NCBI GenBank assembly: GCA_038851755.1
Contig: JAWCKR010000012.1
Coordinates: forward strand, 1 to 21,533
Direction: 5' to 3'
Origin: Candidatus Hadarchaeales archaeon
GTDB taxonomy: Archaea > Hadarchaeota > Hadarchaeia > Hadarchaeales > WYZ-LMO6
Length of the DNA stretch: 21,533 nucleotides
Below are positions 15,287 to 21,533 of this stretch, in pieces (position 1 is the first letter of the stretch; each line of letters starts with the position of its first letter). The notes under the pieces are model-generated. The model was not told where the DNA came from and did no database searches. It saw only the letters and a list, made by a program, of their open reading frames with translations. A program made the translations under genes and the position numbers.

Positions 15287-18124
15287 ATGGAGTCAAATCC
15301 CTTCCCGCTGCTTCTGAAGCCCCTCAGGGAGCTGCTGGAGGAGAGGGGTTTCACCGAGCCCACCCCTCCCCAGAGGCTCTCCCTCCCCCTCATCCTGCAG
15401 GGGAAGAACGTCCTCCTGATCGCCCCCAGCGGTTCAGGGAAGACGGAAGGGGCCTTCCTCCCCGTCCTGCACCTCCTCCTTCTCTCCCAGCCGCAGGGGA
15501 GGGGGGTGAGGATTCTCTACCTCACCCCTCTGAGGGCCCTGAACAGGGACATGCTGGAGAGGCTGGAGTGGTGGTGCAGGGCGCTGGACCTCCGGGTGGC
15601 GGTGAGGCACGGGGACACCCTCCCCTCCGAGAGACAGAGGCAGGCCCTCGTCCCTCCCGACGTCCTCATCACCACCCCCGAGAGCCTGCAGATCCTCCTC
15701 GCGGGCAGGAGGTTGAGCGGGCACCTCAGGACGGTGAGGTGGGTGATCGTGGACGAGGTTCACGAGCTCGCTGACAACAAGAGGGGATCCCAGCTCTCCC
15801 TCTCGCTGGAGAGGCTCAGGTCCCTGTGCGGGGAGTTCCAGATCGTGGGGCTCTCCGCCACCATAGGCTCCCCGGAGGAGGTGGCCCGCTTCCTGGTGGG
15901 GGAGGGAAGGCCGTGCGAGATCGTGGACGTGAGCATGGAGAAGGAAATGGAGCTGGGGGTGGTGTATCCCAGGCCCACGGAGGAGGACAGGGAACTGGCC
16001 TCCAGGCTCTACACCTTCCCCGAGGTGGCGGCCAGGCTGAGGGAGATCAGGAGGCTGATGGAGGTCCACGGCTCCACCCTCCTCTTCACCAACACCCGCC
16101 CCACCGCCGAGGTCCTGGCCAACCGCTTCAAGCTCTGGGACGTGAAGTTCCCCGTGAGCGTTCATCACGGTTCCCTCTCGAGCTTCTCCAGGGTGAGGGC
16201 GGAGAGGGGGCTGAAGGAGGGCGAGGTGAAGGGGCTGGTGAGCACCTCCTCCCTGGAGCTCGGTCTCGACATAGGGAGGGTGGACCTGGTCATCCAGTAC
16301 AACTCCCCCAGGCAGGCCACCCGCCTCCTCCAGAGGGTGGGGAGGAGCGGCCACAGGCTGGGGAAGGTGGCGAAGGGAGTGGTGGTGGTCCAGGATCCCG
16401 ACGACCTGCTGGAGTCCGTGGTGATCCTCTCCCACGCCAGGAGGAAGGAACTGGAGCCGGTGAGGGTGCCCGAGAAACCCCTCGATGTTCTCCTGCACGC
16501 CCTCGCTTCCCTCCTCCTCTCCGGCAGGAGGGTGCGGGTGGAGGAGGTCCTGGAGCTCTTCAGGAGGGCCCACCCGTTCAGGGGGCTGGGCAGGGAGGAG
16601 GTGGTGAGGGTGGTGGAGTTCGCGCAGGGCCTGAGCCGGAGGTTCCTGAGGCTCTCCGAGGATGGGGAGGCCGTGGAGAGGGCTGGACCACCGGGCAGGC
16701 TCTTCGAGTACTACTTCGAGAACCTCTCCATGATCCCCGACCTGAAGCAGTACCTGGTGGTGGACGACGGGAGCGGGCAGCCGGTGGGGGTGCTGGACGA
16801 GTCCTTCATGGCGGAGTACGGGGAGCCCGGGGTGAAGTTCACGCTGGGAGGGGAGATCTGGAGGATCGTGCAGGTGTTCGGCTCCAAGGTGTACGTGAGG
16901 AGGGACGAGGATCCCGTGGGAGCGGTCCCCAGCTGGATAGGTGAGGAGATCCCCGTTCCCTTCTCGGTGGCGCAGGAGGTGGGGAGGATCAGGAGGAGGG
17001 TGGAGGAGGCCTTCCGGCAGGGGAGGAGGGAGGAAGAGGTCAGGTCCGAGCTGGCGAGGGAGTACGGGGTGGAGGAGAAGGAGCTGGAGGTGCCCCTCTC
17101 CGAGATGCTCTCCCAGCTGGGGGAGGGGCTTCCCCTCCCCACCGACCGGAGGGTGGTGGTGGAGAGGGTGGGGGAGTTCTGCGTGGTGGGTGCTTGCTTC
17201 GGCACGCTGGTCAACCGCACCCTCTCCAGGTTCCTGGCCCAGAAGCTCTCTTCAGAGCTGGTGGAGACCGTGGCCTCCAGGGTGGACCCTTACCGCCTGG
17301 TCCTGCGTTCCCCCTCCCTGGACCCTGAGCTGGTGGTGAACCTGCTCAGGAAGGGAAAGGAGGAGGACCTGAGGGAGACGGTGGAGGGGAGCAAGTTCTT
17401 CAGGTGGAGGCTGGTGCAGGTGGCTAGGAGGATGGGAGTGCTCAGGAAGGAGGTGGAGCTCACCCACTCCCTGGTGGACAAGCTGATGGTCTCCCTGAAG
17501 GGGACCCCCGTCTTCGAGGAGACCTTCAAGGAGGTGGTGCAGAAGGACCTGGACCTGGAGAGGACGGCCGAGGTGCTACGCCTCATCCGCTCCGGGGAGA
17601 TCGAGGTGAGGTCCGTGGGGGAGAGGGATCACCCCACCCCCCTCTCCGCCCAGGTCTGGAGGCAGCACAGGGTGGGCATGGATCCCGCGGTTCCGGGGAG
17701 GCTGAAGCTGCTGGCCGTGGCCTCGGCCAGGGCGAGGCTGCTCGGGGAGGTCAGGACCTTCGCCTGTGCTTCCTGCCGCTCCTGGTTCAGGGAGCTTCCC
17801 CTCCACGAGCTGGAGGAGAGGCCCAGGTGCCCCAGGTGCGGAAGCGCGGAGGTAGGGATGGTGGAGGAGCCGGAGGAGGAGGTGAGGAAGGCGGCTGAGC
17901 TGGCGGAGAGGGGGAGGGAGGGGGAGGTCTGGAAGAGGGTGGTGGAGAGCGCCAGGCTCCTCTCACAGTACGGCAGGCTGGCGGCCCTGGCCCTGGCGGG
18001 GAGACACCTGACCCCCAGGGCGGCGGAGGAAATCCTGAAGAGGGAGAGGGAGTTCTCCACCTCCTTCATAGAGAGGGTGCTGGAGAAGGAGCGCGAGGAG
18101 ATGCTGAGGAGGTGGGGCAGGTAG
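15287..18124 (+). CDS. lhr: Lhr-like SF2 (DEAD/DEAH-box) helicase with C-terminal Cys4 zinc-finger-like motif
   Basis: APSGSGKT, YLTPLRALNRD, VRHGDT, ITTPESL, VDEVHEL, GLSAT, HHGSLS, STSSLELGLDIG, QRVGRSGH, FENLSMIPD, VPSWIGE; CASC..CPRC. ATG at 15287 preferred over the overlapping GTG at 15260. Confidence 0.93.
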   Translation: MESNPFPLLLKPLRELLEERGFTEPTPPQRLSLPLILQGKNVLLIAPSGSGKTEGAFLPVLHLLLLSQPQGRGVRILYLTPLRALNRDMLERLEWWCRALDLRVAVRHGDTLPSERQRQALVPPDVLITTPESLQILLAGRRLSGHLRTVRWVIVDEVHELADNKRGSQLSLSLERLRSLCGEFQIVGLSATIGSPEEVARFLVGEGRPCEIVDVSMEKEMELGVVYPRPTEEDRELASRLYTFPEVAARLREIRRLMEVHGSTLLFTNTRPTAEVLANRFKLWDVKFPVSVHHGSLSSFSRVRAERGLKEGEVKGLVSTSSLELGLDIGRVDLVIQYNSPRQATRLLQRVGRSGHRLGKVAKGVVVVQDPDDLLESVVILSHARRKELEPVRVPEKPLDVLLHALASLLLSGRRVRVEEVLELFRRAHPFRGLGREEVVRVVEFAQGLSRRFLRLSEDGEAVERAGPPGRLFEYYFENLSMIPDLKQYLVVDDGSGQPVGVLDESFMAEYGEPGVKFTLGGEIWRIVQVFGSKVYVRRDEDPVGAVPSWIGEEIPVPFSVAQEVGRIRRRVEEAFRQGRREEEVRSELAREYGVEEKELEVPLSEMLSQLGEGLPLPTDRRVVVERVGEFCVVGACFGTLVNRTLSRFLAQKLSSELVETVASRVDPYRLVLRSPSLDPELVVNLLRKGKEEDLRETVEGSKFFRWRLVQVARRMGVLRKEVELTHSLVDKLMVSLKGTPVFEETFKEVVQKDLDLERTAEVLRLIRSGEIEVRSVGERDHPTPLSAQVWRQHRVGMDPAVPGRLKLLAVASARARLLGEVRTFACASCRSWFRELPLHELEERPRCPRCGSAEVGMVEEPEEEVRKAAELAERGREGEVWKRVVESARLLSQYGRLAALALAGRHLTPRAAEEILKREREFSTSFIERVLEKEREEMLRRWGR

Positions 18125-18140
18125 GTACGTTGTTGGGGTC

Positions 18141-18148
18141 CTTAATAC
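18141..18148 (+). promoter_or_regulatory. TATA-like box of the nucleotidyltransferase module
   Basis: CTTAATA starting 29 nt before the ATG at 18170; no SD, consistent with a leaderless mRNA. Confidence 0.5.
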
Positions 18149-18169
18149 CCCGGCTTTGAAAGGTTATTG

Positions 18170-18667
18170 ATGTACTACGGGAGGGTCCTGGGGGAGCTGA
18201 ACCGGAGGAAAGTGAGGTACCTGGTGGCTGGCGGAATAGCGGTGAACCTGTACGGTGTGCCCAGGGCCACAGCCGATTTGGACCTTCTCCTCCAGCCAGG
18301 AGCCCGCAACCTGGAAAGGTTCCTGGGGGCGATGAGGAGGCTCGGCTACAGACCCGGAGTGCCGGTCACCTTTGAAGACATCACCGTGGAGAACCTGGAG
18401 AGATGGAGGAAGGAGAAAAACATGAGGGCCTTCAGCTTCAAAAACCTGCGGGTGCCTTACGAGGAGGTAGACCTGATTTTGGATCATCCCCTGGACTTCG
18501 GGAAGGCCTATGCCAGGAGGGAGGTGGTGAGGGCGGGGGGAATTGCCATTTCCCTGGTGTCCCTGAGGGATTTGATGGAGCTCAAGGAGCACTCCGGGCG
18601 CCTCCAGGATCTCTCCGACCTGGAGGCCCTGAGGAAGGTGGAGAGGATGAGGAGGATGGCGAAATGA
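18170..18667 (+). CDS. DNA pol-beta-superfamily nucleotidyltransferase (DUF6036/AbiEii-like)
   Basis: LVAGGIAVNLYGVPRATADLDL (GG..R.T.D.D) and C-terminal K..SGRLQDLSDL. Confidence 0.85.
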   Translation: MYYGRVLGELNRRKVRYLVAGGIAVNLYGVPRATADLDLLLQPGARNLERFLGAMRRLGYRPGVPVTFEDITVENLERWRKEKNMRAFSFKNLRVPYEEVDLILDHPLDFGKAYARREVVRAGGIAISLVSLRDLMELKEHSGRLQDLSDLEALRKVERMRRMAK

Positions 18668-18837
18668 GGGGGAGGGGCTTCCGGTATGTGGTGAGCGAGG
18701 AGAAGCTCAGGGAGTACTCGAAGCTTTCCCCCAGGCAGAAGCTGGAGTGGCTGGAGGAGATCAACAGGTTCCTGTACTCCTGTATGCCCGAGGAAAGTAG
18801 GAGGATTGCGGAGAAGTTCAGGACCGGTGAGATCTAG
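18664..18837 (+). CDS. Small helical protein (57 aa), probable partner of the nucleotidyltransferase
   Basis: ATGA overlap with the upstream stop; MRGRGFRYVVSEEKLREYSKLSPRQKLEWLEEINRFLYSCMPEESRRIAEKFRTGEI; corresponds to the 3' part of ORF 18403-18837. Confidence 0.75.
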   Translation: MRGRGFRYVVSEEKLREYSKLSPRQKLEWLEEINRFLYSCMPEESRRIAEKFRTGEI

Positions 18838-18926
18838 CGATTCTTGCCATAGGGAAAATACCAGGAGTTGCGGCAGGTCCCGGACCAAAAGATCAGACCT
18901 TTAGTTTCTCCCCTCCGAGGGGAGAG

Positions 18927-20084
18927 GTGGAGGACCTAAGGACGGTGCTGGTGGTGGGGGTCAACACCAGGCCCGTGGTGAAGTCGGTCAGGGCCCTGGG
19001 CCTGAGGGCGGTGGCCGTGGACCGCTTCAGGGACCTGGACCTCTGCTCCCTGGCGGAGGCCGTCCTCCCCCCTCCCCCCTCCCTTCCGCACGAGAGGCTG
19101 GACTGGAAAGGGCTCTGCCTCAGGGCCCTGGAGGAGCACGAGGTGGACGCCGTGCTCTGCACCTCGGGGATGGAGCACCAGCCCGAGCTGCTGAAGGAGC
19201 TGGAGAGGAGGGGACTGCTGGTGGGCAACAGGTGGGAGCAGGTGAGGAGGGCCAGGAGGGAGCTCTTTCGCACCGCCTCCCGCCTGGGTATCCCCTTCCC
19301 GCCCACCGAGGAGGTCAGGAGCCCTGAGGAGGCGGAGGAGAGGGCGGAGGAGCTGGGCTATCCCGTGGTGCTGAAGCCCCTCTCGGGTGGCGGAGGGAGA
19401 GGGATGACCCTGGCGCGATCGGACGGGGAGGTGGAGAGCGGCTTCAGGCTGGCCTCCTCCTCTTCGGGGAGGGCACTGGTGCAGAAGTACGTGCCCGGCA
19501 GGAACGCCAGCGCCAGCCTGCTCTGCGGGAGGGGAGAGGCGGTCTGCCTGACCGTGAACGAGCAGCTGATCGGTGAGGCCCCCCTGGGTGCCCCTGGTCC
19601 CTTCTCCTACTGCGGGGGGGTGGTCCCGCTGGGTGGGGGGAGGGAAGTGGAGAAGGTCGTGGAGTGCGTGGAGGCCCTCTGCTCGGAGCTCGGACTGGTG
19701 GGAAGCAACGGGGTGGACTTCGTGCTCCGGGAGGGGGAGCCCTGGGTGGTGGAGGTGAACCCCAGGTTCCAGGGCACACTGGAGCAGGTGGAGGGCGTGC
19801 TCGGGATAAACCTGGTGGAGGAGCACCTGAGGTGGTGCGGGGGGGGAGGAGGGGAATACGGGGAGGCGAAAGGATGCTCGGTCAAGCTCGTCCTCTACGC
19901 GCGGAAGGAAACCACCGCCCCGGACCTGAGGAGGTTCCCGGGCGTGGTGGACCTTCCCTGGAGGGGACAGAGGGTGGGTGAGGGTCAGCCCGTGTGCAGC
20001 GTGCTGGAGTTCGCTCCCACCAGGGAGGAGGCGCTGGGGAGGGCCAGGCGAACGGCGTCGGAGGTCCGCCGGCTCCTGGATTAG
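18927..20084 (+). CDS. ATP-grasp ligase (COG2232-like, associated with methanofuran/methanopterin C1 gene clusters)
   Basis: VDRFRDLDL, YPVVLKPLSGGGGRG, LVQKYVPG, EQLIG, FSYCG, LVGSNGVDF, VEVNPRFQGT. Confidence 0.88.
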   Translation: MEDLRTVLVVGVNTRPVVKSVRALGLRAVAVDRFRDLDLCSLAEAVLPPPPSLPHERLDWKGLCLRALEEHEVDAVLCTSGMEHQPELLKELERRGLLVGNRWEQVRRARRELFRTASRLGIPFPPTEEVRSPEEAEERAEELGYPVVLKPLSGGGGRGMTLARSDGEVESGFRLASSSSGRALVQKYVPGRNASASLLCGRGEAVCLTVNEQLIGEAPLGAPGPFSYCGGVVPLGGGREVEKVVECVEALCSELGLVGSNGVDFVLREGEPWVVEVNPRFQGTLEQVEGVLGINLVEEHLRWCGGGGGEYGEAKGCSVKLVLYARKETTAPDLRRFPGVVDLPWRGQRVGEGQPVCSVLEFAPTREEALGRARRTASEVRRLLD

Positions 20085-20803
20085 GGGTCCCTGAGGATTT
20101 CCCCTATCTCTTCCTTCCCCAGCCTGCCCTGGTGGAGGGAGGTGGCCAGGAGGACCCCCGCCACCCCCAGTTTCTTCAGGAGCCTGAGGTCCCCCACGCC
20201 CCTCACCCCTCCCCCCACCAGCAGCGGAAGGTGGGTGAGCCGCAGCACCCTCTGGGAGAGGGCCACGTTGGGTCCGGTGGAGGTGCCCACCCTGTCGAGG
20301 TTGAGGAGGAGGAGTTCCGACACCCCGGCCCTCTCCAGCGCTTGCACCACCCTCGCCACCGGACCCCTGGTCCCCCTCGAGCGGGCCACCACCCTGCCCT
20401 CCTTCAGGTCCACGCTCCCCACCAGGGGCAGGCCGTAGCCCCTGGCCCTTTCCACCTCCACGAAGCTTTCGAGGGTTTCGGTGGCCACCACGAGCTTCCT
20501 CACCCCCACCTCCGCGTAGGGTTTGGCATCTTCCGCCCGCTCGAACCCTGCGTCCACCATCACCTCCGCCCCCTCCTTCACCAGCTCCGAGAGGGAGGAG
20601 AGGTTGTCGCCCGCCCCTTCTATGGCATCCAGGTCAGCGAAGTAGATCTCCTTCAGGCCCAGACCCAGGTATGCCCGGGCCAGGGAGAGGGGGGAAGACC
20701 CTTCCGCCAGCACGCTCTTCACCGGCCGGTATTCCTTCCTCCTCCCACCCACCGCATGCACCGCTGTTCCTTCCCTCACGTCCAGCACGGGGATGAGCTT
20801 CAC
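20081..20803 (-). CDS. HisA/HisF-related TIM-barrel protein (COG1411, Orf17-like, C1-cofactor associated)
   Basis: MKLIPVLDVREGTAVHAVGGRRKEYRP, YFADLDAI, VATETL, SVDLKEG, LDRVGT, VGGGVRG. GTG start at 20803 overlaps the upstream stop (GTGA); the ORF-track extension to 21190 is spurious. Confidence 0.88.
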   Translation of the reverse strand: MKLIPVLDVREGTAVHAVGGRRKEYRPVKSVLAEGSSPLSLARAYLGLGLKEIYFADLDAIEGAGDNLSSLSELVKEGAEVMVDAGFERAEDAKPYAEVGVRKLVVATETLESFVEVERARGYGLPLVGSVDLKEGRVVARSRGTRGPVARVVQALERAGVSELLLLNLDRVGTSTGPNVALSQRVLRLTHLPLLVGGGVRGVGDLRLLKKLGVAGVLLATSLHQGRLGKEEIGEILRDP

Positions 20804-21420
20804 TCCACCACCGGCACAATCCTGGTCCCCACCGTTTCCCCGCCTTTTAAAACCTCCTCCAGCCCCTCCATCCCCTTCGCCCCCACCACCCAGCAGGTGA
20901 TGCCGCCCTTCTCCAGCAGGTCGGGGAGGAGGGGGTCCACGGTGGGGGTCCTCATCTCCCTCAGCTCCTTCGTGGTCAGGACCCTCCTCAGCCTTCCCCC
21001 CTCCCTTATCCCCTCCACCCCCTTCACCAGCACCAGCGTGCGGCACTCCACCTTTCCGCAGAGCCAGGCGGCGATGGAGTCGGAGGTGAGCCTCCAGGAT
21101 CTCTCCAGCTTCTTTTCCTTCCTGAGCTCGAGGAAGGGCAGGAAGACGGTCCCCCCCTTCACCTCCTTGAGGGAGGAGGTGCACCTCCACCTCAAGAGCT
21201 CCCTGAGGAGGATGCCGTAGGCTTCCATGCCCAGGATGGCCATCCAGTGTGCGGCTTCTTCCGAGAAGCCGAGCTTGCGCTGCAGTTCCCTCACGGTGTC
21301 GGCCATCCTGCCCCCTCCGGGGATTACCACCAGATCGTAGTCGTCCGAGAGAGAGCGGAGGAGGGAGCAGATCCTCTTCAGGGCCTCCCCCCTCTCCTGC
21401 AGGCTTCCGCCCACCTTCAC
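20800..21420 (-). CDS. mfnE: Amino-acid-kinase-family protein, MfnE-like (5-(aminomethyl)-3-furanmethanol phosphate kinase)
   Basis: KVGGSL, IPGGGRMADTVR, AAHWMAILGME, SWRLTSDSIAAW, VDPLLP. Start uncertain: GTG 21420 or non-canonical ACG 21432; ATG 21501 overlaps another CDS. Confidence 0.8.
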   Translation of the reverse strand: MKVGGSLQERGEALKRICSLLRSLSDDYDLVVIPGGGRMADTVRELQRKLGFSEEAAHWMAILGMEAYGILLRELLRWRCTSSLKEVKGGTVFLPFLELRKEKKLERSWRLTSDSIAAWLCGKVECRTLVLVKGVEGIREGGRLRRVLTTKELREMRTPTVDPLLPDLLEKGGITCWVVGAKGMEGLEEVLKGGETVGTRIVPVVE

Positions 21421-21533
21421 GACGGCGTCCGTTCCACCGCCCCCCCTACCAGTCTTCCCATGCAGAAGGCTGGTGTCATGAGAGCTGCCTCCTCCCCCCA
21501 TATCCTTCCTAGGTCCACCACCCTTTTGAACCC
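21417..21533 (-). CDS. 3' end of an upstream gene, probably MfnF-like (hydantoinase-A-like H4MPT-linked C1 pathway protein); not in the ORF track
   Basis: Open frame from the window edge: GFKRVVDLGRIWGEEAALMTPAFCMGRLVGGAVERTPS*; its TGA overlaps the kinase GTG. From memory it resembles the DL...G.E.S...PA.A...L tail of MfnF, and the context fits. Confidence 0.55.
   Translation of the reverse strand, partial: GFKRVVDLGRIWGEEAALMTPAFCMGRLVGGAVERTPS

Noticed and set aside
20081-20803. True histidine-biosynthesis hisA
   Set aside because: The AVHAVGGRRKEYRP motif and the mfn-like neighbours indicate the HisA-related C1 family; no other his genes are nearby.
21433-21501. N-terminal extension MGGGGSSHDT... 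of the kinase in the ORF track
   Set aside because: It is low-complexity and overlaps a better coding frame, the 3' end of the upstream gene.

Overview
High-GC archaeal chromosomal window (TATA-type promoters, AGG/ATA codon use, archaeal gene families; a Hadarchaeota-like thermophile is my guess, not demonstrated). The left 13.7 kb looks like one cell-surface locus: the C-terminal part of a HerA/FtsK/VirB4-superfamily ATPase, a long coiled-coil protein, and two convergent MinD paralogues bracketing a wHTH (AbiEi-like) regulator and a divergently transcribed 3148-aa membrane-anchored surface protein. That protein alternates about 18 FN3/Ig-like domains with five tracts of an unrecognised 16-aa tryptophan repeat (WxxLEGW-x9, about 48 copies). 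It also has a strong E/D-N dipeptide bias, a recent mosaic internal duplication, an inserted lectin-like domain, a PGF-pre-PGF-like domain, one TM helix and an Arg-rich cytoplasmic tail. A near-perfect 20-bp palindrome sits on the shared divergent promoter. The right part is mostly housekeeping: HAD hydrolase, acylphosphatase, a hypothetical protein, Lhr helicase, a nucleotidyltransferase plus small-partner module, and a probable methanofuran/C1-cofactor biosynthesis cluster (ATP-grasp, HisA-like, MfnE-like kinase, probable MfnF tail). All assignments come from motif reading and all counts are by hand; no searches were run.
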